A model generated the notes under the pieces. It was not told where the DNA came from. It was given only the letters and a program-made list of their open reading frames with translations, and did not search any database. A stretch of DNA of 64,000 bases from positions 63,171 to 127,170 of IMG/VR virus record IMGVR_UViG_3300028833_000001; one strand, given 5' to 3'. The position numbers and the translations under genes were made by a program. Positions 1 to 9,727 of this stretch are shown here, in pieces. The stretch is from a virus (Duplodnaviria > Heunggongvirae > Uroviricota > Caudoviricetes). How positions within the stretch are numbered: position 1 is the first letter of the stretch; each line of letters starts with the position of its first letter.

Positions 1-9
1 ATAGAAGGA

Positions 10-360
10 ATGATTGAACTTGAAAACCTTGCGTATAAGACAAGAGTCGAATCGTTCATTCGTGGTGATGACATTTACCTTACTGAAGGAATGACTGTTT
101 ACATGATGGATGACAGATTCTTTGAAATTGCCGAGGAAGTGGAATACGATTGTTTTGTATACCCAGCTAAGAAAGACTGGTCTATTGACGATGTTAGATA
201 CATGCAATGGAATATGCTTGGAAATGTCGGAACACATTGGTACGCCAAGATTGGAAAGCGTGACATCTACGACAGCGAAGGAAACATGAAATGGGACACG
301 AAAGAAGAGGCCGAAAATGCCGCCGAGTGGTACCTGTACAATAAAATCAAATCAAAATAA
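10..360 (+). CDS. hypothetical phage protein
   Basis: 116-aa ORF with normal composition; no recognised motif. Confidence 0.6.
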   Translation: MIELENLAYKTRVESFIRGDDIYLTEGMTVYMMDDRFFEIAEEVEYDCFVYPAKKDWSIDDVRYMQWNMLGNVGTHWYAKIGKRDIYDSEGNMKWDTKEEAENAAEWYLYNKIKSK

Positions 361-454
361 GCATGAAAGACGAAGACATAGATTTCAACAAATATTATGA
401 ACTTGATTGCAATATGCCTATGATTGTTCCATTAAAATTAATCCATTATTAATT

Positions 455-820
455 ATGCAGAATGAATTATTAGAATCAGTCTCAAAAACACTGAGAAAAT
501 TAAAAGAAATATCCGAGCCAGCTCCATCTGATTGGAGGGAACATGCAAAGTGGAGACAAGAAAACAGATATTGGACAAGATACTCTGGATGTATAGTGTT
601 ATATTTATTAATGCATAAAGGAGGAACATGTGGTGTACACGATTACATAAAAGAAAAACTATCTTGTGATGATTCTACAGTAAGAAAAATATGTAAAGGT
701 GATTATGATTTCAAGATGAGCGAGGCGCTTAAACTTGTAACACCAGAAGAACTTAGCAACATAATATCTGGAGGATATAAATATTTTAAAGATAAAGAAG
801 AAAAAAACGGCAATGATTAA
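455..820 (+). CDS. XRE-family HTH protein resembling Bacteroidota HigA-like antitoxins
   Basis: PSDWREHAKWRQENRYWTRYS..IV..LL followed by an HTH-like TVRKICKGDYDFKMSEALKL matches my recollection of this Bacteroidota family; ATG at 455 preferred to the track start at 407. Confidence 0.55.
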   Translation: MQNELLESVSKTLRKLKEISEPAPSDWREHAKWRQENRYWTRYSGCIVLYLLMHKGGTCGVHDYIKEKLSCDDSTVRKICKGDYDFKMSEALKLVTPEELSNIISGGYKYFKDKEEKNGND

Positions 821-3105
821 AATTCATTGCCGTTATTATTTTGGTGTTGAATTAAAGTGTTTATGTTTACAGTGTCAATTATTCCAGAATAATTGTATTT
901 GTTGTGTTTATCAGGGTTAGTAATTATATTACGTAATCCGCTTGAATAAAACGCGTCGATTCCCCATGATGACCTGTTTTCAATTCTAAAAATTGTTGGG
1001 TCTGATTCTGTGTGATATGGATTAGTCAAAAAAGTTATTGTGTCTAGGTTTAATATTCTTGCATACACTTCTTTTGGGTGACTGGTGTCATATTCGTTAT
1101 CAATAACAAACATCAAATATTTATCATCAGTTGTTACCACGTATTCATCAAATATTTTTATTGGGTCTCCATTGTTATATTGTAATAATCTGTTATTCTT
1201 CGCATCTCCAATAAACATAATTCTTCTATTAGACCTGCTTGTACATAAAAACAATTCATTGTCTTTAAGATTATGAATGTCAGAGAAATATTCGTTCGTG
1301 CCTAAATCAAGTGGAACTCCTTTTTCCCTATCATATAATATAGTTGCGTCATATCCTCTGAAAGTACTGTCGTTAGTACAGGCCTTAACGGTTACAAATT
1401 TTCCACATGTTGAACCAATATTAAACGGGTACGGATTTGAATCATCAAGTGGAAATCCTTCTGGAATTAAATTTGTTAAAAATTTATTTAAACCAGTATC
1501 GAAAAAATATTTTTCGCCAGAAGACTCGTCATATAATAAGCATATAACAGTATTTTCTGGTAGTAAACGTGCTCCGTATTTACCGCGATGTGACCTCCAG
1601 TCATAAGACGAAATTTTAATAGCATTAGACCAATATTCCCCGTTTGGTAATTGAATTGGCCGTTTTGTTATTGAATCAATTAAGGCAAAATCACTTGCTG
1701 AACGATTCACTGTAAAATATCTATTACTATCATCACTAATTATTGATGGTACTGATAAAAATTTAACATATCCACCGACATCTAAGAGTCTATGTGATTT
1801 TATGTCATACATAAATCCAACATTTTTCTCGTAATTTGACAATTCAAAAACAGCCAATCCATTTTTTATTCCTGAAATACTTGGATATACGTTTTTAATT
1901 GCCGTTTCATAAATAATTTTACCCCTATCGACTAAAAAATAAAAATCAAGTACAGGTCTTCTATCTGTGTCGCCTTCTTTCTGTACTCTACAAAAAGAGA
2001 CGCAATTTTGGATTTTACTATCTCTATTTCCAGCTAACACATAATGTTTAGCCAACAAGGAATTTGGGTTTTCTCCAGCATTTATTCGCATTTGTACATA
2101 TTTTAAATCGCGAATGGCTAATTTATTTTCCTCTCTTGTTTTTGCCGCGCCGTTATCGCTACGATTTGATGCTGGTTTATTTGCCTTCCAAATATCGTAA
2201 ATTCTTTTCAAATCGTCATCTGTCACTCCAGTGATTTGTTGGAACTCTTCTTTTGTATAAGCATGGTCAGCCTCGCAAGAAACCTCTCTACCGTGATTCC
2301 AACGTGACGTTATATAAACAGGTTCTGGGCTTTTATTGCTCTGTAATAATGCGATTAGTGAATTGCCGTAGGCATCATGTGGTTTTGCTCGTGTAAAACC
2401 TGGTGATGACAAAGGGTCTTTGGGTCTTTCTATATTTTCCCATCCGTTTTGTCTAAAAATAACATAGTGTATACCCAAATGTCTTACATAATAATTGTAA
2501 TGGCCTTCGCCGTATGTAATACACCACGAACCAGGAGCCGTAGGCCTTTCGTATTTCTGGCAATCGGCCTGTGAATACATTATCTCAAATGTATAGTTTT
2601 TACCAACATTTGGGTCCATATCTATTTGAGGGGCCTCTTTTTCTTTTTTAGGGGTAACGATTCCTAGAACCTTATTTATTGCCTTGTTGTATTTTCTTAA
2701 TAATTTACCTATTGGCAACGTGCCGAAATCTTCTGGTTGTTCAAATGTGGTGCCAACAGAATCTATATATGCATTTCTAAGAACCTTAATACAAGCGTCC
2801 AGTCTTTTACAAACTTCATCGTTCCAGTCATCAAGAACAGCCACATCTCCTTCCCAAGCCTTTGGGTTTAGCATAGACAAATTTTTATTAAGTGTTAAAT
2901 CACCGTTAAAATAATATCTTGCGGCTCCAGCCAAGTAATAATTTGAACGTTCAGATAAGCTGTGTATTCCGCCTCCAGATGATAATGTTTGTAATAATTT
3001 TGATTTAAATTGCCCAAAACTTATTTGTAATCCAGATTCTACAATAGCGTTATAATAGCTAAGTAGCAAATTGTCCCTCTTTGATTCACGTAGTAAAATA
3101 TCCAT
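817..3105 (-). CDS. WCIT/RWNH-family protein (family E) with aromatic beta-repeat C-terminus; possible virion protein
   Basis: 762 aa; WCITYGE..YNYY...DAYGNSLIA...SRWNH aligns with 61211..63121 (WCITHDE..FDYY...DDYGLSMIA...CRWNH). Confidence 0.6.
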   Translation of the reverse strand: MDILLRESKRDNLLLSYYNAIVESGLQISFGQFKSKLLQTLSSGGGIHSLSERSNYYLAGAARYYFNGDLTLNKNLSMLNPKAWEGDVAVLDDWNDEVCKRLDACIKVLRNAYIDSVGTTFEQPEDFGTLPIGKLLRKYNKAINKVLGIVTPKKEKEAPQIDMDPNVGKNYTFEIMYSQADCQKYERPTAPGSWCITYGEGHYNYYVRHLGIHYVIFRQNGWENIERPKDPLSSPGFTRAKPHDAYGNSLIALLQSNKSPEPVYITSRWNHGREVSCEADHAYTKEEFQQITGVTDDDLKRIYDIWKANKPASNRSDNGAAKTREENKLAIRDLKYVQMRINAGENPNSLLAKHYVLAGNRDSKIQNCVSFCRVQKEGDTDRRPVLDFYFLVDRGKIIYETAIKNVYPSISGIKNGLAVFELSNYEKNVGFMYDIKSHRLLDVGGYVKFLSVPSIISDDSNRYFTVNRSASDFALIDSITKRPIQLPNGEYWSNAIKISSYDWRSHRGKYGARLLPENTVICLLYDESSGEKYFFDTGLNKFLTNLIPEGFPLDDSNPYPFNIGSTCGKFVTVKACTNDSTFRGYDATILYDREKGVPLDLGTNEYFSDIHNLKDNELFLCTSRSNRRIMFIGDAKNNRLLQYNNGDPIKIFDEYVVTTDDKYLMFVIDNEYDTSHPKEVYARILNLDTITFLTNPYHTESDPTIFRIENRSSWGIDAFYSSGLRNIITNPDKHNKYNYSGIIDTVNINTLIQHQNNNGNEF

Positions 3106-3186
3106 ATATTAATAATGTTTTATTTTATTTTAATGTTAATCTTCAACTATATAAATAGCTTATAAGCATATAAATAATGCCGTTTT

Positions 3187-3215
3187 TTGTTTTTTTATTA
3201 AGATGATTGTATTAT
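3187..3215 (+). promoter_or_regulatory. sigma70-like promoter
   Basis: TTGTTT-17 nt-TATTAT upstream of the 3230 ORF. Confidence 0.5.
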
Positions 3216-3229
3216 AAATATAAACTAAA

Positions 3230-3523
3230 TTGCATATGAATAAGTCAGAATTACAAGCAAAAGATTTTTTAGAAAAAGTTAAAAATATACACGACATATA
3301 TGACGAGTTAATTAATCTCAAAAAAATAATAGCGGGTTTTACCGATATTATCACTAGTCCGTCATCGCTTGAATATAAAATTTATGGGGATTCTAACGAA
3401 ATTACGTGTATTCGTGGCGTTGATTGCGATATTGTGAAAAACGCTTTTAACAAAGCCAATGAGGTGTTTTCTGAAGAATATCAAAATAAAATTGATAAAC
3501 TGAATGAATTGTTAAAACAATAA
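3230..3523 (+). CDS. hypothetical protein
   Basis: 97-aa ORF downstream of a promoter motif. Confidence 0.6.
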   Translation: MHMNKSELQAKDFLEKVKNIHDIYDELINLKKIIAGFTDIITSPSSLEYKIYGDSNEITCIRGVDCDIVKNAFNKANEVFSEEYQNKIDKLNELLKQ

Positions 3524-3595
3524 CCGCCGTTTTGACGCATATCTACACGCTTTTTTAATATGTTCAAATATGACTATTTATAATTAAAATACAAT

Positions 3596-3778
3596 ATGGT
3601 TATATTAGGATATATTTTAGCTTTTTTACTTGCTATAGTTGTCTTAGCGCTTATAACATATGTTGTTTGTGCTGGAGGAATCACACTTGCAATAGCATTT
3701 GTTGCAAGTTTAATAACTGTTTCTATATGTGCAACAGTAATAATAATTATCAAAATGTTTAAAAAGAAAAAACAATGA
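3596..3778 (+). CDS. small membrane protein
   Basis: about 50 hydrophobic residues followed by a KKKKQ tail; ATGA-coupled to the next gene. Confidence 0.6.
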   Translation: MVILGYILAFLLAIVVLALITYVVCAGGITLAIAFVASLITVSICATVIIIIKMFKKKKQ

Positions 3779-4392
3779 TATCGTTACCGATTATTTCAAT
3801 AGTATCCTGTCTTGCATATACGATATTCGTTATATTTAGATTTGGTGTTCCAACTTCATTATCTGAAACATTTTATCTGCTACCAGAAAAATGGAGATGG
3901 CTATTTTCTGCCTGGTGTGTATTAACATCAGCACCGCTTGGGATTTACTGGTTTACAATATCTCCAACAAAGCTGTGCTGGATTCCAATTGTTTGCATGA
4001 TTGGGTTATTGTTTGTTGCAGTGTCTTGCGATTACAAAGCACCAGAAGTCACGGATAATGATAGAGTTTGTGGCAATTTAGTGAAATCTAAATCAATTAA
4101 AGATTTAATAAAATCATTATCGTTCAAGGAATTATTTAAAAATGGATGGGCAAAGCCAATACATTATTTCAATTCAATATTGACAATAATATTATCAACA
4201 ATTTACTTATGTATCATCAGCCCAAATGCAATTATGACAACATTATTGCTATACCCGATGTTCATAATTATAGGTTTAAAAGTTGATGGTGTATATAACG
4301 CCCTTTATAGTGCTGACGTGGATAACAAAGCATGGATTTTCTTTATGGAGGTTATATGCTTTATGAATCTTTTTGCGTTCATACTGATATGA
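3775..4392 (+). CDS. multi-pass membrane protein
   Basis: about six hydrophobic segments in 205 aa. Confidence 0.65.
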   Translation: MISLPIISIVSCLAYTIFVIFRFGVPTSLSETFYLLPEKWRWLFSAWCVLTSAPLGIYWFTISPTKLCWIPIVCMIGLLFVAVSCDYKAPEVTDNDRVCGNLVKSKSIKDLIKSLSFKELFKNGWAKPIHYFNSILTIILSTIYLCIISPNAIMTTLLLYPMFIIIGLKVDGVYNALYSADVDNKAWIFFMEVICFMNLFAFILI

Positions 4393-4423
4393 ATTTAAAT
4401 CTTATTTATAATATAGCAAACTA

Positions 4424-4450
4424 AGCGGCCAAACTGGTCGCTTTTTTTTT
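4424..4450 (+). terminator. intrinsic terminator
   Basis: agcggcca-aac-tggtcgct hairpin followed by a T run. Confidence 0.75.
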
Positions 4451-4459
4451 GCTTGGAGT

Positions 4460-4488
4460 TTGCTTGTTTTATGAAAAAAATGTATTAT
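4460..4488 (+). promoter_or_regulatory. sigma70-like promoter
   Basis: TTGCTT-17 nt-TATTAT just after the terminator. Confidence 0.55.
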
Positions 4489-4518
4489 TTCAATAAAATA
4501 TTAAAAATAAAAATTAAG

Positions 4519-5169
4519 ATGAGAAAAGATAAATTAGACGGACAATTATGTTTATTTGATTACACAGAGCCTGGTATTCCAGAAATTTCAAAGCTTGAAA
4601 ACGGCGAATATTATGGGTTCCAATATGATTGGATATTTGAGCTGCATAATGGCGATAAATATCATATGCCGTATGGTATTGACCGTAGCAAAGACGAGGC
4701 TAATATGTTACTATATAGAGTTATTGATGGTAATATTAAACCAATCGAACATCTTATTTCGTCAAGAATACGAACTCCAGATGGTACTATTTTAACGTCA
4801 AAGCACGTTCACGATTTTGTTGAACATTATGATACTTTGGCAAAAGATACGTATTTCGTTGACGGTGGAGGTGAGTATTTCAGGACAACAGTTAATAAAA
4901 TACCAGCGGCAAACGTTTCAATATACTCAACGCACCCGTTTGAAGATATTAGAAACAATGTTTATCGAGGCACATTTGACGAAAATGGCCATAGAATTTG
5001 GAAACCAATTTCTAAATGCAGTAACGAACACTTGAAAAATATCCTAACATACAATGAAGAACGTGGTTTAACTGACATATATTATACGTGGGTAATAGAA
5101 AGAGAATTAAAATATAGAGAAGATAACAATATCATTATTACTGACAATTGGAAAAAACAAAATAATTAA
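4519..5169 (+). CDS. conserved phage protein (S.H.HDF...VDGG motif)
   Basis: RTPDGTILTSKHVHDF...YFVDGGGEYFR, a motif seen in many phage hypotheticals; ATG at 4519 preferred. Confidence 0.6.
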   Translation: MRKDKLDGQLCLFDYTEPGIPEISKLENGEYYGFQYDWIFELHNGDKYHMPYGIDRSKDEANMLLYRVIDGNIKPIEHLISSRIRTPDGTILTSKHVHDFVEHYDTLAKDTYFVDGGGEYFRTTVNKIPAANVSIYSTHPFEDIRNNVYRGTFDENGHRIWKPISKCSNEHLKNILTYNEERGLTDIYYTWVIERELKYREDNNIIITDNWKKQNN

Positions 5170-5170
5170 A

Positions 5171-5350
5171 ATGACTATACAAGAAATTGGTAAAATAAAT
5201 AGCCTGACATCAGATTGGTTATATCACGAACAGGAAATAAGAAGAGGCTCTGATAAAACATATCATCAAGGGCAACAGAAAAAGGATGAAAAATTGTTAA
5301 TTGAAATTATTTCAAACATAGAAGACATTAAAACATATAATGACAGATAA
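5171..5350 (+). CDS. small hypothetical protein (below track cutoff)
   Basis: 59-aa ATG..TAA ORF filling the gap after 5169. Confidence 0.5.
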   Translation: MTIQEIGKINSLTSDWLYHEQEIRRGSDKTYHQGQQKKDEKLLIEIISNIEDIKTYNDR

Positions 5351-5530
5351 AGAAAGACTTTCAGAATTGTATGGAAATGGACAAGTAAGTGAAGATTGTT
5401 TAAATTTCGGAAGAAAAATGCCATATCGAAAACCCTCATTTTATAATTGAATAAAATTAACTTTATGACAAGAGAAACATTTATTGGTTATCAAATTTTT
5501 TTTCAAAAAATCTATGGAAGAATATGTACT

Positions 5531-5791
5531 ATGAATAAGATATTCGTAATATTATTATTGGCATCCACAATGCTGTTTGGATGCAAAATGCAAGTGACAG
5601 ACAAAATCGAATGCACTTCTAGCGAAAGTCGTTTTGTTGTTGTCGAACAGACAGTAAACTGGCAAATCGTTTATGATAAAGAAACACTTGTAATGTATTC
5701 AGTATCTGACGGGGCTTACAATTATGGAACCTTCACAGTACTGGTTAATTCCGACGGCAAACCACTTTTATGGAAAGGAGTGGCTGAATGA
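5531..5791 (+). CDS. predicted lipoprotein, DUF6440-like
   Basis: signal peptide ending LFGC; RF...IVYDKET.VMY...GTFTVLVNSDGKP motif. Confidence 0.6.
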   Translation: MNKIFVILLLASTMLFGCKMQVTDKIECTSSESRFVVVEQTVNWQIVYDKETLVMYSVSDGAYNYGTFTVLVNSDGKPLLWKGVAE

Positions 5792-6084
5792 CAAATCAAG
5801 AAAAGTCAAAAGAACTTGGAATAAAGTATGAAAGACTATATGCAAGACAATATTATCACAATGTCTACCCAGAATACTCAAACGACAGCGGCTTTGTGTA
5901 CAGCAACAAGGAGATAGAGATGGCCTGTCAGGAGATGGCAGAATGGAAAGAGAAATGTATGATGGCCGATATTCGAGCTTGGTTACGTGAGATTTGTCGT
6001 GTTTGTGATATAACTGACGAGAATGGGTATAGTATAGATGAACATTCGCTCTTTGCAAGTTTTGAAAAAACGTTGAAACGTTAA
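5788..6084 (+). CDS. family C/D small protein
   Basis: MTNQEKSKE...MAEWKEK shared with 56532..56747. Confidence 0.55.
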   Translation: MTNQEKSKELGIKYERLYARQYYHNVYPEYSNDSGFVYSNKEIEMACQEMAEWKEKCMMADIRAWLREICRVCDITDENGYSIDEHSLFASFEKTLKR

Positions 6085-6116
6085 TCAGAATTAAAATTTT
6101 AAGAAAGACTTGAAAG

Positions 6117-6977
6117 ATGAAAAGAAACAGAATAAGCAAGGAGAAAAGAGCCAAAGTATACGCTAAATACGGAGGCCGTTGTGCATACTGTGGAAAGGAA
6201 ATTAGCATTAATGATATGCAAATTGACCATATCAAAGCGTTTGCACAAAGCATATATGGTAAAGAAAACGATAGAAAACAGGTAGCTGAAATGATTGATG
6301 ACGGCTCCATAGACGATATGGATAATTTATTACCGTCATGCCGTGCATGTAATTATTATAAAAACATTAATGGAATAGATGGTTTTAGACAAAGAATATT
6401 AAATCAGTTGTCACATACATGTATTGATACCTTTCAAGCCCGTTTAGCAATGCAATATGGAATAATAGAGTACAAACCATGGGACGGCGAATTTTATTTT
6501 GAGAAAATAAAAAAAAATAACAAACATATTTCCAATCAGTTAACTTGGTTTGAAAATGAATCTTTGAATTTAGTTTTAAAAAACAAAGAACGTTTAAGTT
6601 ATGAGTATCAATTAGAAATAAATCGTCAAATTGGTGATGAAATAGATAGAATATCAAACTCTGATAAGTCTTTGTACACTATTACGTTTAATGTTATGAC
6701 ATCCCTTGACGCATACAAAAAAATTGTGTCTGATAAAATTCAAATTGTTAATGGCTATTTTGATGAGGAATCCGACATAAAATATAATGTAATAAATAAT
6801 GAATGTATGGCCAATTTTATCATTGTTGCTGAATTTGATGATGGTAAAAAATATGGAATGTTTAAAAAAAATGTAACCGTTTCAACAAAAAACATATCAC
6901 CAATTAAATTATACGACATTATCATGGAAGGGTGTCAAGATGAATATCCACAAATTTTTGCTGGGTTTTGTCACTAA
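6117..6977 (+). CDS. HNH endonuclease with extra C-terminal domain
   Basis: GRCAYCG...QIDHIK...NLLPSCRACNYYK. Confidence 0.85.
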   Translation: MKRNRISKEKRAKVYAKYGGRCAYCGKEISINDMQIDHIKAFAQSIYGKENDRKQVAEMIDDGSIDDMDNLLPSCRACNYYKNINGIDGFRQRILNQLSHTCIDTFQARLAMQYGIIEYKPWDGEFYFEKIKKNNKHISNQLTWFENESLNLVLKNKERLSYEYQLEINRQIGDEIDRISNSDKSLYTITFNVMTSLDAYKKIVSDKIQIVNGYFDEESDIKYNVINNECMANFIIVAEFDDGKKYGMFKKNVTVSTKNISPIKLYDIIMEGCQDEYPQIFAGFCH

Positions 6978-7016
6978 TATTTGCTAAACACATAAAATAA
7001 TTGTAATATCATAATT

Positions 7017-7967
7017 ATGAAATTTTATAAAGGAAATATTGAACCAGAAGAAAAAACTATTTTTGTTTTTGGAAGCAATCCAGAAGGTAGACATGGTGCT
7101 GGGTCCGCAAAGGCTGCTCATGATAAATTCGGCGCCATATATGGACAAGGAGAAGGCATTCAAGGCCAATCATATGCTTTGCCCACTAAGGATTTGAGGA
7201 TACCAGGCACTAGAAGCATATCAGAAACTGATATAATTAAAAACATAGAAAAACTATATCAGGTTGCCAGGTCAATGCCAGATAAGGATTTCAAAGTAGC
7301 ATATCGCACCAAAATGAACGAAACGTCATTGAATGGCTATACTGGACGAGAAATGCTTGATATGTTTACAATCAATCCAGTTCCAAACAATATATATTTC
7401 TCTGAAGAATGGCATGATATTTTTTGTCAGATACATCATTATGATGGCTATTATGTAAATCATTCTGGCGGGGCAATTGGAAGTGATACAATGTGGGGTG
7501 AGATTGGTGCTCAATACGGTATTGTGTCTGAGCATTATTGGCACGGAACAAGAACACAAAATGGTAACCATGAAGTAACAGACGAAGAGTTTGAAGAGGG
7601 TAAAGAACATGTACTATTTGCCAATAAAACCCTAAACAGACACCCATGGAAATATATGGACCTACTTGCCAGGAATTATATGCAGGTTAAATATTCTGAT
7701 GAGGTGTTCGGCATTGGAAAGTTTAAGAACAAAATGGTGGATGGAGGTACTGGTTGGGCCGTTCAAATGGCCATAGACGACGGAAAACCAGTTAACTTTT
7801 ACGACCAAGATAGAGATGTATGGGGTAGGTTTGAAAATGGTAAATGGACCCAAATAAAAACCCCAATTTTAACTAAAAACTTTGCTGGTATTGGAACTCG
7901 CAATATTAACACTAATGGTATAATAGCAATAAAAGACACGATAATAAAAACATTTGAAGCAAAATAA
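7017..7967 (+). CDS. two-domain protein: macro-like (A1S_2505-type) N-domain plus SLOG-like C-domain
   Basis: FVFGSNPEGRHGAGSA...QGQSYALPT; HSGGAIGSD...GGTGWAVQMAIDDGKPV. Confidence 0.6.
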   Translation: MKFYKGNIEPEEKTIFVFGSNPEGRHGAGSAKAAHDKFGAIYGQGEGIQGQSYALPTKDLRIPGTRSISETDIIKNIEKLYQVARSMPDKDFKVAYRTKMNETSLNGYTGREMLDMFTINPVPNNIYFSEEWHDIFCQIHHYDGYYVNHSGGAIGSDTMWGEIGAQYGIVSEHYWHGTRTQNGNHEVTDEEFEEGKEHVLFANKTLNRHPWKYMDLLARNYMQVKYSDEVFGIGKFKNKMVDGGTGWAVQMAIDDGKPVNFYDQDRDVWGRFENGKWTQIKTPILTKNFAGIGTRNINTNGIIAIKDTIIKTFEAK

Positions 7968-7969
7968 CT

Positions 7970-7998
7970 TTGGTTAATTAAATTATTATTCGTAATAT
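7970..7998 (+). promoter_or_regulatory. sigma70-like promoter
   Basis: TTGGTT-17 nt-TAATAT. Confidence 0.5.
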
Positions 7999-8024
7999 AG
8001 TTTTAGTATTAAATGAATTAAAGT

Positions 8025-8255
8025 ATGAAAAAATTTTTAATTTTTATTTTTGGTGTTATCTTGATGTGCGGATGTTTTGAAAGAGACCATAGTTATGATG
8101 ATAAAATGCCGTTTACCAATAGCGTTGTTATTGTTGATGGTTGCGAATATATACAAGGTCCGTATGCGATGACTCATAAGGGAAACTGCAAATATTGCGC
8201 TGCCAGAAGAAAAGCCGAAATTGAAGAAGCCATAAATAATTTAAATTTAAAATAA
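8025..8255 (+). CDS. small predicted lipoprotein
   Basis: MKKFLIFIFGVILMCGC signal/lipobox; DGCEYI...HKGNCKYC. Confidence 0.6.
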   Translation: MKKFLIFIFGVILMCGCFERDHSYDDKMPFTNSVVIVDGCEYIQGPYAMTHKGNCKYCAARRKAEIEEAINNLNLK

Positions 8256-8290
8256 ACTGTATAATAACGCACTAAACAAAGTTTATTATT

Positions 8291-8554
8291 ATGACACAGG
8301 ACGAAATAAAAGAATTAATTAATGAAATTGGCTATGAAGAAGTTCTATTGTTTGAAGACCCTTGTTATGATAGTGCCTTTGTTGGGCTGTCAGATGATGA
8401 CAGGGCTGTTTATGACTATGACCTAATGGTCGAATACCTTGTTGAAAGAGATGGTATGGAGCCAGACGAGGCTATGGAGTTTATTGATTATAACACAATT
8501 AGGTCATTACCTTATTATAGTAATCACCCAATCGTTTTTAGAAAACTTAAATAG
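8291..8554 (+). CDS. conserved phage hypothetical protein
   Basis: DSAFVG...AVYDYDLMVE...EAMEFIDYN motif common in phages. Confidence 0.65.
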   Translation: MTQDEIKELINEIGYEEVLLFEDPCYDSAFVGLSDDDRAVYDYDLMVEYLVERDGMEPDEAMEFIDYNTIRSLPYYSNHPIVFRKLK

Positions 8555-8614
8555 CACAAATATAGACGGTAGATTTTGTATAACATTTTAATAAAATTTA
8601 ATTTTATAATTATT

Positions 8615-8935
8615 ATGAAAGCTAAAAATAACAACACAGGTGAAATAGTCACCCATTTCAACATTTCAAGTGAATATGGCAACGTAAGTTATGTTGACAG
8701 TAATGGTGTTTTACGTATATCAAATATAAATGACGGTGAATGGTCTATTATTGAAGAGCCAAAACAAATTGACTGGAATGCATTTAGAATGAATGCGGCT
8801 AAAGAGATTGCGGCAAGCATTTCAATGCGTCGATTTGTGAACGATTATACAGAAGAAGGCATAGCGAAACTTGCACTGAAAAGCGCTGACGAGCTTATCA
8901 GACAACTGAAAATGGTAGAAATTGACAATGAATAG
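8615..8935 (+). CDS. hypothetical protein
   Basis: ORF; ATG at 8615 preferred; IDWNAFRMNAAKE motif. Confidence 0.6.
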   Translation: MKAKNNNTGEIVTHFNISSEYGNVSYVDSNGVLRISNINDGEWSIIEEPKQIDWNAFRMNAAKEIAASISMRRFVNDYTEEGIAKLALKSADELIRQLKMVEIDNE

Positions 8936-8964
8936 TTATTAAATAGACAATTAAACATCGAAAT

Positions 8965-9300
8965 ATGATTAAGGTGTACGCAGATTTGCACAAAGAACAA
9001 GATATAGTTTACATTGAAGATGTTATTTCGGCGCACGATATGCATACAATAAAAAAAGACGACCTTAAAAAGTTAATTGATGATATGGTTGGCAAATATG
9101 GGTCACTGCATACTAGTTATCCAGATTTTTTGAGCCGTGTGGGTAGGTTTGTAAGTGATTACGGTAAAAGATGGTGCGGCCAAGAGTTTGTTGTTTATAC
9201 AACAGTTGTAAAGCCAGGAGGAGTTGAAACAAAGAAGAAAGAGAAACACAAATTTGACCTGTCTGGACATTTATCTTCTTGGTCAATCGGGTATTTTTAA
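8965..9300 (+). CDS. hypothetical protein
   Basis: 111-aa ORF in the co-oriented array. Confidence 0.55.
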   Translation: MIKVYADLHKEQDIVYIEDVISAHDMHTIKKDDLKKLIDDMVGKYGSLHTSYPDFLSRVGRFVSDYGKRWCGQEFVVYTTVVKPGGVETKKKEKHKFDLSGHLSSWSIGYF

Positions 9301-9336
9301 AATTATTGTTTTATTTAACTAAAATTTGATTAAATC

Positions 9337-9723
9337 ATGTATATAGCGTTATTAATAATATCATTAATTGCAGGGGTTGGTCTTATTGTTTTGCACTTCT
9401 GTTTTGACATATTTCAAGAAGGGCCACTATTTGGGACTTTGCTTATTCTTTATAGCATATATGCCACTGTTGCATTATGCTTTTGCCAAACAAAGGAAGA
9501 AGATTTCGAAAAATACGAAAAAGCGAAAACTGAATATGAAATAATCAAAAACAAATGTGTGGATATCAGCACATCAACACTGGTTGATTACATTGATGAC
9601 ATCAAAGAAGCAAATAAGCTGATTGAAAAGTCAAAAAAATGGCACAACAATTGGTATTTAAAAAATTTTTATTATAAAGAAATCGGCGAATTGCCTGTTC
9701 TTGAACTAAAAAATTTAATTTAG
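9337..9723 (+). CDS. membrane protein with two N-terminal TM segments
   Basis: two hydrophobic stretches then a charged domain. Confidence 0.6.
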   Translation: MYIALLIISLIAGVGLIVLHFCFDIFQEGPLFGTLLILYSIYATVALCFCQTKEEDFEKYEKAKTEYEIIKNKCVDISTSTLVDYIDDIKEANKLIEKSKKWHNNWYLKNFYYKEIGELPVLELKNLI

Positions 9724-9727
9724 TATT

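Noticed and set aside
6117-6977. HNH as an intron- or intein-encoded homing endonuclease
   Set aside because: It is free-standing between complete small genes, and no interrupted host gene is evident.
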